Positions 25,591-39,238 of a DNA stretch of 64,000 nt are shown piece by piece (the first letter of the stretch is position 1; every line of letters starts with the position of its first letter). Under the pieces are notes generated by a model. The model was given only the letters and a program-made list of their open reading frames with translations, searched no databases and was not told the DNA's origin. The stretch comes from Octopus vulgaris. Taxonomy: Eukaryota. The stretch spans positions 44,392,001-44,456,000 of the forward strand of contig OX597832.1 in assembly GCA_951406725.2 (NCBI GenBank). The letters run 5' to 3'. The position numbers and the translations under genes are program-made.

Positions 25591-27328
25591 ATCTTACCTT
25601 TTGTAAGATAGAAAATGGAAGAAGAAGAAGTAGAAGAAGAAGAAGAAGAAGAAGAAGAAGAAGAAAGAGAAGAAGGAGAAGAAGAAGAAGGAGAAGAAGA
25701 AGAAGGAGAAGAAGAAGAAGAAGAAGGGGAAGAAGAAGAAGGACAAGAAGAAGAAGAAGAAGAAGGAGAATAAGAAGAAGAAGAAGAAGGAGAAGAAGAG
25801 GAAGAAGAAGAAGGAGAAGAAGAAGAGGAAGAAGAAGGAGAAGAAGAAGGAGAAGAAGATGAAGAAGAAGAAGAAGGAGAAGGAGAAAAAGAAGAAGATG
25901 GAGAAGAAGAAGGAGAATAAGAAGAAAGAGAAGAAGAAGAAGAAGAAAAAGAAGGAGGAGGCGGCAGAGAAGGAGGAGGGGGAGAAGAAGAAGAAGAAGA
26001 AGTTGATGATAATGACGACGACAACAATGATGAAGATGATGATGGGTGTAGTGATGACTAGAACCACATTCATTATCTTTGAATGATGGATCGTTAGGGC
26101 CATTTGAGCATCAATGTTATTGACTCTAACCAGTTTCTCTGGAAATTGCTGGTATGCCATTATAGACAATAGAATCAGAAGGAGCCTTCACTGTTCCATC
26201 ACAACTGCTGGAGCTAGAGTAGGTTTTGACTGGTGATGGTAGGTGCCCCAACAGAATACTGTAAATCCTCGAGTATAGTCTGCCCTTGAGTATAATACGC
26301 AGGGGATTTTTAGGAGGCTGTACCTCTGAAAAACCTAAACCTTGTGTATAATACGCACTCCTTCTCTAACTTGAGTCGTGCGTAATTAAACCAGCAGCAC
26401 CTAGTTGAACAGACACTTCTGCACATGCGTAATACAATAATGGTGATGTTCTTAACTGTTATATGGGGATGTTAATATGTTTGCAAATTGTTTTTATTAC
26501 ATGTTATTCTGTGTTCTGAATACTTTTATTTTGATAAATGTTGCTTACTGCAAATTATGGATGATTCTTTTATGACTTCATTGCTTTCAGGCTTAGCTTA
26601 AGGTATTTTTGTGCCCAACATCACAAAATGTGTCTGAATAAACATTGCCGGACGGCAAATAGAGACTCGGACATTGCTTAGAAAATATTTTTCATTTTTA
26701 ATCTCGTATAAAGTACGCACTAGGGATTTTGACCATTAAATTTTTGGATAAAAAGTGCGGATTATACTTGACGATTTACGGTATATTGGTTTCTATAGGG
26801 GAAAAGCAAATCCCTAATTTGGGACATGATGTGCTACATTCTCTAGCTGCATCTGGCCCATAACGCAGAAGAGAGGAAGTTTAACAAATGCATGAGCCTG
26901 ACTGGCTGCTGTCTGTTAGTGCAGATTGCCATCAAGACCTTTGGTGTTCTTGGGCCCCTCACTGCTAATTCCTTCCACTAAATTAGGAAAGCAATGGCCC
27001 GTCTGAAAAATGAACCCAGCAAAGTGGGATGGCTATTGTAGCGAGCATTGTTGGCCATTTAATTCCCCCTGTTTTCTTTGTTTCCTCGGTGAGGTTACTC
27101 TCTCTTTACTCTTTTACTCTTTTACTTGTTTCAGTCATTTGACTGCAGCCATGCTGGAGCACCACCTTTAATCGAGCAACTCGATCCCGGGACTTATTCT
27201 TTTTGTAAGCCCAGTACTTATTCTATCGGTCTCTTTTGCCGAACCGCTAAGTAACGGGGACCTAAACACACCAGCATCGGTCGTCAAGCAATGCTAGGGG
27301 GACAAACACAGACACACAAACACACACA

Positions 27329-27374
<46 letters not shown>

Positions 27375-27854
27375 TACGACAGGCTTCTTTCAGTTTCCGT
27401 CTACCAAATCCACTCACAAGGCTTTAGTTGGCCCGGGGCCATAGTAGAAGACACTTGTCCAAGGGGCCTCGCAGTGGGACTGAGGCCGGAACCATGTGGT
27501 TGGTAAGCAAGCTACTTACCACACAGCCACTCCTGCGACTGTTTGGGTTTTTTTTTTCTTTTGCTCATTTTAATCTTTTATATTGTTAATGTTTTTTTCT
27601 TTCTTTTCTTTCAATCTAAATCAAAAAAACAAATTTGAATGAGTTGATGAACAAATATAAGGGAGGCAACTCTTAGCATGCTAATATCCTTTGCGTCAGA
27701 AAAAAATTTAGTTGTTATTTTTAAGAGTCAATTTAGCCATGGTCAAGCAGACTTATGATTAAAGAGGTTCCAACAGCAATCAACCTTTCTTTTATTTTTT
27801 TTTATATTTTGTAAAGACCATGAGCAAATTATTGAATGGTTAAAAAGGTACAAT

Positions 27855-28378
27855 CTTCTTTTCCAAAGACATTCAACATCTCAAAAGAGTCCAGAAGCTG
27901 GCTACCCACATGGTTCTTGGTCTCAAGCATTTGTCTAATGAAGAAAGGCTGAAGACACTCGACCTTTATTCTCTAGAAAAACGCCGCCGCCGTGGTGATC
28001 TCATTCTCGCTCACAACATCATAAGCAGAAAGTGTAACCTCTCGAAAGAGCTGTTCTTCACTCCTGCTCCAGAGCGTCGGCTGCGGGGTCACTCCGAAAA
28101 GCTCTATCTGCGACGAATTCATCTCAATCGAAGGAGAGGGGCTTTCTCCGTCCGGGTTGCGGATCCATGGAATAAGCTGCCGGACGAGATAGTGAAGATG
28201 CCGACGACCACATATATACGAGAGGCTTCATTCAGTTTCCGTCTACCAAATCCACTCACAAGGCATTGGTCGGCCCGAGGCTATAGCAGAAGACACTTAC
28301 CCAAGATGCCACGCCGTGGGACTGAACCCGGAACCATGTGGTTGGTTAGCAAGCTACTTACCACACAGCCACTCCTGC
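27855..28378 (+). mobile_element. CR1-like LINE fragment plus partial SINE
   Basis: Paralogue of 14955-15478; also at 58495-59020. Confidence 0.85.
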
Positions 28379-28679
28379 ACCTATACACACACGTGTGTGT
28401 GTGTTTATACACATGTGTGTAACTTATCAGATTGACTGATTACAGTAATTTATGGCTGCTTTATATTGTTTTAACTTACAAGGCATCCATTAACCATTTC
28501 TATATTATTTTTGATGTAGAAATAAAAGCCATTCTTCCTTCTCTTCAAAAATATCTATGCCATTTAAACTTTCCTGTCAGCAAAGAGCATTTTTGTGCTA
28601 AGTTGAAAATACATTCTCAGACCATGTTTCCTATGAATTTATTTTAGTTGTTAAGATGTATATTATGTCACTTTATCTA

Positions 28680-29204
28680 TGAGGTCTGATCAAAAAATAT
28701 CAGAACTTGTGCTATAAAAAGAAAACTATAACACAAATCAATTCAGCATTTAATCGCCTTCAAAGTAATCCTGTTCTAAAGACACACACTTTATCCAGTG
28801 CCGTTTCCATTGATGGAAGTATTCTTGGAACTTTGGGGGGGGGGGGGGGTGACAGTGAGCAGTTGCCGCATTGCATCGTCTTAGATTTCCATGATGTCTT
28901 GAAATCTTGTTCAAGTGGAATTTGATTTTTGACTTGTTATTGGTGTCACAGCCAAAGACCCATGATTTATCACCTCTTATAACTGTTTTCAAAAGTTTTC
29001 GTCTTCCTCAACACAATCAAGGAGATCCTGCACATTTGAAACTTGACCCTTTTTTTTGAGATGACCACACTCTACACACTTTACTTCCAAGCATTGATAT
29101 AAACAACAGAAGTGTGCATGCGGGACAGGGTTCAAGGTGAATTTTCCAAGTGGCTTCATTGTAGATAACTCAGCAACAGCCCAATCCCTTTTGATCAGAC
29201 CTTG
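28680..29204 (-). mobile_element. Deleted mariner element (unit B copy)
   Basis: Same TIRs and TA flanks as 15792-16309. Confidence 0.85.
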
Positions 29205-31339
29205 TATTATTATAATTCTATTCACATTCACAATGCATTCATTATAAGAATGAATATCCCTATAATCACACCAGTATTTGACTGCTAATCTATTTCATTG
29301 ATTTTGTAAAGGTAAAAGATATTATTGAACCAATTGTGTATCATACTTAATGTCTGAGACCCCCATCAGTCACAACACAGACCATGGGATTGCACCTAGA
29401 AAGTCACCCTCTCAGGTACACGTCCGGGCAAGTTTGTTTATGGAAGACCAGCAGTCGCCCATGCATACCGGCCACCCCTCTCCACACCACTGATGTTATC
29501 CAAGGGAAAGGCAAAGGGGCCGATACAGCTTGGCACCTGTGTCGTCGTAACTCATTTCTCCAGCTGAGTGAACTGGAGCAATGTGAAATAAAGTGTCTTG
29601 CTCAAGAACACAACACGCAGCCCGGTCCGGGATTCGAACTCACAACCTCACGATTGTAAGCTCTACGCTCTAACCACTGAGCCATGCACCTTCACATACT
29701 TAATGTAAATACATCACAAAAGGTTGATTTACTGCTGTGTATATCTCAAATTATTTTATCTCATAAGGACATGCTGAATTAAAAAATACATTATATATAT
29801 CGAAGGCAGACGAAAATTGCTCTTGTTGCAAAGTGGTAAGTACGCTAGATGCATTTCTGCCTCATTTAAGAAGGTGCATGGCTCAGTGGTTAGGGCGTCG
29901 AGCTTTCAATCGTGAGGTTGTGAGTTCGAATCCCGGATCCGTGCTGCGTGTTGTGTTCTTGAGCAAGACACTTTATTTCACGTTGCTCCAGTTCACTCAA
30001 CTGTAGAAATGAGTTGCGATGTCACAGGTGCCAAGCTGTATCGGCCCCTTTGCCTTTCCCTTGGCTATGAGTATGTGCCATTGACAATGTAGCAGCACAA
30101 GCAGTCAGCGCCATATTGGATGAGATCTTACGGCATCCATTGCCATCTCCGAGACGGGAGCGAGACCTCACCTGCATTCATTTTTGCCATGTGAAAGATC
30201 ACAACGAGGCTCGTGATAGAAAACTATATAAAGGGAAAACACTCTTCAAGTCTCTCTTCTTTGGCGCCGCTACACAGCAGCACTTGCTGAACACACCACT
30301 GGCTGGAGGCAATTTGCACCCGCATTATCGGAGCTTAAGATGGCAGCTGAGAGCAGCACCCTTCATTACCTTTCCTGTAAATAAACCAGTTGTAAATAGC
30401 ATTTATAATTGAAGCCTTTTCACTTCACCTGCTGGAAGCCTGAACTACATAAAGAACAAAAAGATGATGGAAGGAGATGATATTCCTCCGATATCATAAA
30501 CCTTGCCTTCCATTATTAAAACAATGTCTAACAGGACATGAACACATTTAGCATTCTCACCAACCACTGCTAGGACAATCTTCATATGCCTGATATAAAT
30601 TGTGTTTTTAAACAAGCATGTCCATATCAGATATTATTTCTGCATGAATACTACAGAAAGTTTGCCTTTTGTGATGTATTTACTTTACATATAATATCCA
30701 GATGGATATGTATATATATTTAAGTATGCTGTGCATGAGAAGACCTGGCAGGACAAGTGAGACCATAAGCCGTGACCTCTACATGGGATGTAGCCAGTCC
30801 ACTTATGCATATCTTTCCTTCTAGGGACACAAAACTCTGCTTGCGAAGACCTGTTGAGGCAAGTGAAATTGAAAATCGAAATCGATGAACATCAATGGAA
30901 ATTGCAGCTGTGATACCAGTGCCGGTGGTATGTAAGAGAACCATCTGAACGTGGCCGTTGGCAGCGCCGCCCCGACTGCGCTCGTAAAAAGCACCCACTA
31001 CACTCACAGAGTGGTTGGCATTAGGAAGGGCTTCTTAACTATACAGCAACACCTGTACCCTAGAAAATTTGACTGCTCCTGGGTGGGCTTGTACCATTTA
31101 TTTTTTAGTCTGTTGCCAGCCCCACCTGGCCCTCGTGCTGGTGGCCGTTTGCCAGTCCTGTCTGACACCTGTGCCGGTGGCACGTAAAAAGCACCCACTA
31201 CACTCACGGAGTGGTTGGCGTTAGGAAGGGCATCCAGCCGTAGAAATACTGCCAGATCAGACTGGGCCTGGTGCAGCCTTCTGGCTTCCCAGACCCCAGT
31301 TTGAACCGTCCAACCCATGCTAGCACGGAAAGCGGACGC

Positions 31340-31370
<31 letters not shown>

Positions 31371-32147
31371 GTTTGCATCTTGCTTAATATTTTCAAATAT
31401 TTTTTAAAAATGGAAATGTTGGTTTGGAAATATTAAATGAAGCCCCATCACTGGAATTTCCGTAACAGCAACAAAAATAGAAAAGTATATGGGAATTTCT
31501 TCACTGATTCTTGTTCTACTTATAGATAGAACATTCTAGAATAGACGGTATATATTTTCTTTGCTACCTTGAGAATATATATGTATATGGTACACTGGCT
31601 GTTAACTTTCCAAAAGTTTTGTAATGCCGCAATTATTGAAACAATGTAATTAGTTTATCAAGATCCAAGACATAATTACGAAGGGTGAACACGGGCGCTC
31701 AAAAATTTCGAATGTCTAAATTTAAAACAAAGAATATAAAAGCCAGATGCAATCAACACATACATAATAATGGAATATTTACTGAGATACTTTATTAATA
31801 TGAAACATACAAATATTGATTTCACTTTATTCAACCAGAAAATAACGTTTACAGGCAACAGTAGATATATTGTTAAAATAGTAAACTTGCTAAGAAAGGA
31901 TACTTTAAAAAGTGTCAAATTTTTCTGTCAATGTATGGCATATACAAATTCATAATATTGATTTAGATTAATGTGGTATTATTATATATCATTGAATAGA
32001 TATGACCTTGGTTCTACACGATTACAACTGTAATGACCTCAGTCATTTTACTAAAAACAATTCTAAATAAATTTGCTCAGTTACATTCTCCACATAATAC
32101 AATCTAGTATTCCATAAGAGGGAAATCTTTGACAGGGCAATATCAGC

Positions 32148-33328
32148 TTATGTTGAAGGATTTGTTACTTTACCAATGAAATGGATCATTTTAGTTCGGT
32201 TGTCAACAATTAAAAATGTGAATGGATGATTGACATCAAAATCCATACGATTTATAAAAATTTCTAAAGACTGTAAGATCACGACCATTCCAGTTGCAGC
32301 AGCAGCTTCCGTTCCTTCTTCATTAACATCAACAAATGCTTTATGAAACATTTCACTGGCATAAATATTCTTCTCACCACCAGTCATTCCAGATAAATCA
32401 GCTTTTAGAGGATCAAAAATATCAGAGAGTCCAAGCTTTTTCAAAACATCACCCAACTTAAAACTACTCTCTAAACAAAATTTTGGCATATGTAATTCTA
32501 GACCCATCATTTTAAATCCTTTTCTGTCAACAATGTCTTTGAGAAATTGAGCATTAATCTCCTTCTCTAAAGCAGCAAGACCATTGATTTCATTGGGAAG
32601 AATTACAAACATACTAAATGCTTTCCCTATATAAGGTAACTCAACCACTTTATAGTTGTCGCTTATTTTTGTATTAAATCCTTTAGATATATACATAAAA
32701 TCATGAGATACAGTCTTGTCAGAGCTTAAATAAAACTTTCTAGATGATGTTGCTTCTTCTGAGAATATTTCAGCCCACGTTCCTTTGAAGTATACAGCAT
32801 TAATAAGAACTAGAACCGATTGAGGTGTCAAACTTCCACTTGGTAACAGATCAGTAATTTTGTTATTTGTGTTATTCTTAACCCAATCATTAATAGTTAT
32901 TCTTGTCTTCTCAGCATTTGTCATAAAGTCTACATTTTCAATATCTGAAAAGAAATATTTTACCATGTTGTTCTTGTAGTCTTCTGAAATAGGGAATTTT
33001 TCACTGGCATACAAACGATTCACTGAATTGAATGTGACAAGTTTATCTGAGTTTTTCAAAAGTGAAAAATATTCTTTAAAAGCTAAAGCTACAGAATCTG
33101 GATTTGATGTTATCTTCAAAACATTTTCAAACTGTTTGGCAGAGTTTTGTCTTGCTCCCAAATAAACCATTGATAAAACAGTAGCAACACTGAATGGTGA
33201 CATGAAGACATTTTCATTGGTTCCTGTAGCCACAGCTTGATAAAGACTGTTTGTAAAATAATCAATTGAAGCAGCAAGGTTACCGATGTCTTGTTTCTCT
33301 GCTGAGTCCATATTGTATACGATAGTGT
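32148..33328 (-). CDS. Serpin copy 3; RCL TGMVVILQ-SLEIF (predicted P1-P1' Gln-Ser)
   Basis: Intact 387-aa ORF from ATG 33311; phase-1 acceptor ctccag. Confidence 0.95.
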
Positions 33329-34787
33329 CTGGAGAATATAGAATATGAAGAGAAAATATACAGAATAAATTCTGGCAAACATTTCAAAATATTTTATTAG
33401 ACATTACTGTAATTAAAGACATCTATAAAAGCAAAGTCTGAAATCTCTTCTGATCAAACTCTAATTTTAACTTTTACATGAACATATTTCTTAACATAAC
33501 ACTGAGTTAATGTGTTTTAAACAGTTTTTAAAATAATTAAAAATTTATATGATTAATTAATATAACCATTTTTTCTCCAATATTTATCTGATATTTGGCA
33601 CATATCTTAAAAGTTTCATTTATAAGATGATGCTGGAACTTAACCATGTTTGCATTTCAGAGACAAATTTGAATGGAGCAGGTTTAGTTTTCATTTTTTG
33701 CATATATGGTAAGATAAGGTATCAAGTACAATGATATACTCCACCTGCTGAGAGCCTGGTCAAATACTTGCAACAAAATGACATCCTCAAAAAAGGCCTT
33801 AATGTGCCTGGAGGTGATGTTGAACTAATTAGTGTAATACCAAGCTAGACTGGATCCTGTAAACCTAGACTCAATGGTTAATATTTAGTTTGTAGAATGA
33901 CCTGTGGGATGACGTCAGCAGCTGGGTGCGTTGACCGGAAGCTGGGGCAACCGGAAGGGGCTGCTGTCAGGCGTGCGCAGGCAGCGGTCAATTGGGCCTT
34001 TCCAACGTGGGTCGTCCAAATGACAAGACGTGTGAGGACGGTCGCTAAGGGTCTGGGTGAGCAGCTGCTATCTTTAGTGTTCGGGTTGGAGCTGTGTCGA
34101 AGGATTAGCTACCACAGAAGGGTCTCCATCACGAGGAAGAGAAGGTAGGTGCCTTTATATTCAATTCGTGCACACACCACATGACCGTGTGAAGGAGAGG
34201 TGACGAGAATGGCTCCTTTAGTACGCCGCACGGTCGATTACAATAAATATGAAAAAGGATGAATGAGTATGAATGCCAGCAGGAAAAGAGAGACACAACC
34301 AGTAGAATGTTGAAGAGAAAGATTTTATTGATAGGTTAACATGTGTGTCTGTGTGTGTGTCATGTATACATAATGTGTGTGCAGAAACGTGGATGTATGC
34401 GTGTGCGATTAGTACAGAGCATTGAAAGAGTCTATAATAGGACGTTAGAAGAATGCAATGCAGAGCCAGTTGAGGCACGTGTCATGCGTGAAGCTGTGGC
34501 TACTATGCAGAGCCGGTTACTTGGTACAGAAGGTTCTCGCAGGTTGTATCTGCTGTTAACCATGGTGAAATAATTCATGAACAGTGTTGAGTAGAGGCCA
34601 TTGATTGGTTAAAATCTGAAAAATTAAACTACGTTAAACTTACAAATTACAATTTTCTCAAGAAAGCCAAGAGAACAAATGTTTTATTTTGACACATTTT
34701 ACCAGTATACGAAGTTTAAAAGTGTTTAGTTAACTAGAAATTGTGTTGAAAACTGCTGTTCAAAAGGAAAAGATCCTCCTTTTCTAA

Positions 34788-35761
34788 TTGAAACCATTTT
34801 TCTGCAAGGCCTTCCACATGACCATATCACGCCATCCGACAAATCTTTTTTGGCTACATCCTTCAAGGAACATTTCTAGAGAATAGTAAGTTGAAGTGCG
34901 AGCAGATTATTGATATTTTATAGTATTGGGCAAAAGAAGATTTAGCAAAGGGAATAGCCCAGGAATGCTGTATAGATTGGAGAGATTTTTGCTGTGATAT
35001 ATGTGCAGAATATTATGTTGCACAAAACATTAAACTTGGAGGGCCAAACCGAATTGTAGAGATAGATGAAAGAGCGTTTGTTAGAAGAAAATATATTGTT
35101 GGCCATCAGATTAAAACGCAGTGGGTTTTTGGTGCTTTGGAAAGGGATACTAGAAGATGGTATTTGGTGGCAGTGGAAGATCGGACTGCAGACACTCTTT
35201 TAGAAATTATACAAGAGTGTATATAGCCTGGTACAACTGTAATTTCTGACCTCTGGCGTTCGTATAATATGCTCAATCAGCTAGGATATAGGCATTTGAC
35301 TGTGAATCATCATCATCATCATCATCATCATCGTTTAACGTCCGTTCTCCATGCTAGCATGGGTTGGACGGTTCGACCGGGGTTCTGGGAAGCCAGAAGG
35401 CTGCACCAGGCTCCAGTCTAATCTGGCAATGTTTCTACAGCTGGATGCCCTTCCTAACGCCAACCACTCCATGAGTGTAGTGGGTGCTTTTTACGTGCCA
35501 CCTGCACAGGTGCCAGGCGAGGCTGGCAACGGCCATGGTCAGATTGGTGTATTTTATGTGCCACCGGCAATAAATTTTGTTGATCCGGTAACATTTGCCA
35601 CAACCAACCACATAGAATGTTTATGGAAGCATGTAAAGAATCGAACAGCCCGAAATTTACTTCAATCCCATCTCATTGAATTCATGTGGCATTATGAATT
35701 TAAGGACGAAATCTTTGGAAAGTTATTGGAACAAATTCAACATCTATACCCATGCATTTGA
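34788..35761 (+). mobile_element. Merlin transposase pseudogene (unit B copy)
   Basis: Paralogue of 22085-23072 with the same retroposon insertion. Confidence 0.9.
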
Positions 35762-36407
35762 AACCTTACAGAATAGAAGTATCTACAAAGCATTTGTTTT
35801 ATATTTCGTTAAATTCTCTCAGTTGAAAATTATATTTTTATATTCTAAATAATTTGCAATTTCAGAAAATATATTAACTTTGCGTTTTTTAATTTGATAA
35901 ATTCTACGGAAACAAACAAGTGACGTCAGATTGAAGTCACACTTTCTTTTACTTTCCTCCTGACAGCTAATTCCGTAGTGGTGCCTGTAACAGGATGTAG
36001 CGCAACTACGTGCTCTTTTGTTTTCTTACACACACGCCGCCTCAATTAAGGTCGGGTAAACATTTAAAATAACATTTTTTTGTTGATGCTCGTATCCCAC
36101 CAATGGAGCACACATGTGGCCCATTGGTATCATCATTAAAGGGGATGAGGAGTAAAAAAAAAAAAATCATAAGTTTTCCAAACCATTTTTTCATAACAAG
36201 ATGTTTCCCATCATTTCGAAGGTTGCGGTGAAAAACAATCGGGAAAACCCAGTCAAAAGGGAGAAATTCCAACTTATGTGGTCTTCTTGATCGGAAACTC
36301 CTCTCCCTGCTCCCTAAAAATTTTTCCACCACAAATTTCTTTATAATCTTAATCTATGCTGTTTGAAAGGTATTTATATAAAATTTGATTAAAAGATATC
36401 CCTTTTC

Positions 36408-37585
36408 GGCAATGTTTCGTTTGTAGTAGCACGCTTGTAGCACGTTTCCGTCGATTTCCGTAAAAAACTTTTATTTTTTTACATATGGCTTTGCGGGAAC
36501 ATTTGAAGTAATGAGAGCGAAAGAGACTAAGAGGAAGTGATTTTATGACGAGGAAATTTCTTTTGAAGCTATGAAAGCATTGATGTACATGTGTGTGTGT
36601 GTGTGTGTTTGATGGGGTGTGGGAGACAGACAGTATGTTGTGTAAGTGAAGTGCTTCTGTTAGTGTGTGCGGAGAGACAATGAGAGTAATGTGTGAAAGA
36701 GAGAGATAACTGAAATTTTTTACTCGATGTATGTGTATATGTATGTCTGCATGTATGTGTGTGTGTGTTTGATGGGGTGTGGGAGACAGACAGTATGTTG
36801 TGTAAGTGAAGTGCTTCTGTTAGTGTGTGTGAAGAGACAGAGAGAGTAATGTGTGAAAGAGAGAGATAACTGAAATTTTTTACTGGATTTATGGCTGCAT
36901 GTATGTGTGTGTGTGTATGTATCTATGTATGTGTGTGTGTATGTATGTGTGTGTGTATGTATGTGCGCATGTATCTATGTATGTGTGTGTGTATGTATGG
37001 CCGATACAGTGTAATTTTTTACTCGGTGTATGTGTATATGTATGTCTGAATGTATGTATGTATGTGTGTATGTATCTATGTATCTGTGTATGTGTATGTA
37101 TGTATGTATGTATGGCCGATTCAGTCTAGGTATGTGTGTGTGTGTGTAAGTATGTGTAAAAAATTACACTGAATCGGCCATACATACATACACACATACT
37201 TACACATACACACATACATACATAGATACATACACACACACATACATATACACATACATCGAGTAAAAAATTTCAGTTATCTCTCTCTTTCACACATTAC
37301 TCTCTCTGTCTCTTCACACACACGAACAGAAGCACTTCACTTACACAACATACTGTGTCTCCCACACCCCATCAAACACACACACACCTGTACATCAATG
37401 CTTTCATAGCTTCAAAAGAAATTTCCTCGTCATAAAATCGCTTCCTCTTAGTCTCTTTCGTTCTCATTACTTCAAATGTTTTTTTACGGAAATCGACAGA
37501 GGAAATCGACAATCGACGGAGGAAATCGACGGAGGAAATCGACGGAAACGTGCTACAAGCGTGCTACTACAAACGAAACATTGCC
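36408..37585. mobile_element. Foldback element/MITE with long inverted arms
   Basis: ggcaatgtttcgtttgtagtagcacgcttgtagcacg ... cgtgctacaagcgtgctactacaaacgaaacattgcc; arms extend over 300 bp; empty sites at ~23718 and ~54625. Confidence 0.85.
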
Positions 37586-39238
37586 CCATTGGCTCCTGAA
37601 AGTTATGAGGGAAAAAATCGGATTGTGTGAATTTTGCGAAAGTCCTCTCCTCCTCTCCGTTTCGTTTGCGCAAATTTTGTTTTCCAGATTCGTTAACTTT
37701 TTTCTTCTTGTTCTGGTGGCCGGGTATTAAACATGTAGTGTGATGGATGAAGAAGACAACAGAAAAAGAAGCAACGGGAGAAAGAAATACAAAAGGCCTT
37801 ACCTCTTCGAAATCAGCGGTCTCTTTCACGAATTCGGCACGTCTTAACGCTTTCCCGTCTATGTTGGAACTGTCCTGCTTGACAAACTCCTGCTGCGCAT
37901 GCATTCTGCAGTCTTCCGCCCACTTCATCTATCACCAGTGCACCACTTAGCTCATCACATCCTATAACACCGACTGCCAACACCACAAAACTAGGTAGTA
38001 ACCGATTCGCTGGCAGAAAAGTTAGCACGCCGGGCGAAATGCTTAGCGGTATTTCGTCTCCTACTACGTTCTGGTTTCAAATTCCGCCAAGGTCGAGTTT
38101 GCCATTCATCCTTTCGGGGTCGATAAATTAAGTACCAGTTACGCACTGGGGTCGATGTAATGGACTGAATACCTATGTCTGTCCTTGTTTGTCCCCTCTG
38201 TGTTTAGCCCCTTGTGGGTAATAAAGAAATAGGTATTTCGTCAGCGATACGTTGTGAGTTCAAATTCCGCCGAGGTCGACTTTGCCATTCATCCTTTCGG
38301 GGTCGATAAATTAAGTACCAGTTATGCACTGGGGTCGATGTAATGGACTGAATACCTATGTCTGTCCTTGTTTGTCCCCCCTGTGTTTAGCCCCTTGTGG
38401 GTAATAAAGAAATAGGTATTTCGTCAGCGATACGTTGTGAGTTCAAATTCGGCCGAGGTCGACTTTGCCTTTCATCCTTTCGGGGTCGATAAATTAAGTA
38501 CCAGTTACGCACTGGGCTTGATGTAATGGACTGAATACCTATGTCTGTCCTTGTTTGTCCCCCCTGTGTTTAGCCCCTTGTGGGCAATAAAGAAATAGGT
38601 ATCCCAGACACTCCTATTTGATTGATACAGAAATTTAACCGTTTTCTTATTTTTTAAGGTAGGATATGATTTTAGGAAGATTTGGCTGGTCTATTGACCA
38701 CGTAGGGGTTTTCTCTTTGACTCATATCTAGATTTTGATGTCAGCCAAGCTTTCTAAAGAATGAAAGTTTTCGAAAATGAACACGTTAATAATAAATAAT
38801 TTCCATTATTTAATTCATACAAAAACATTCGGTTAATGTGAATAACTTGTCTTAATTTATCTAAAAAGACGAAGTAAAAAAAAAAAATCTAATCTGCTAC
38901 ATGGTGAAGTTTTGCCGTGATTTGACTTTCAAATAATGCATGACAAAACTATGGAATGTCGTCGATAATGAAGAGACTTTGCGAGGAAAGTTCGACCGAC
39001 TTGGCAATGAATGTGAAGTAATTAGTATGTCGAGTTAGGTTCCTTGCTGATAGAGAGTTAAAATGGGAGAAACTTTTTTGTTTTAAAATTTCTATAGCGC
39101 AAAATAGAAGTTAACTGCAGCATAAAGTAGAAAAGAAGTTCTGCCGACGACCACGTAGACTGCAGTTGACTCCAGAAAGTGTACGGTAGACTAATTAACG
39201 ATCTCGGCGTATAATGTGTGATGAACCAGAAATAATAA

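Noticed and set aside
25536-26169. Poly-Arg/Glu/Lys/Ser/Phe ORFs (also at 12.7-13.1 and 56.4-56.9 kb)
   Set aside because: GAA-repeat translations; length and frame differ between paralogous units
27910-28422. 170-aa ORF (180 aa at 58551)
   Set aside because: Chance read-through of a CR1 fragment into an antisense SINE; frameshifted in unit A
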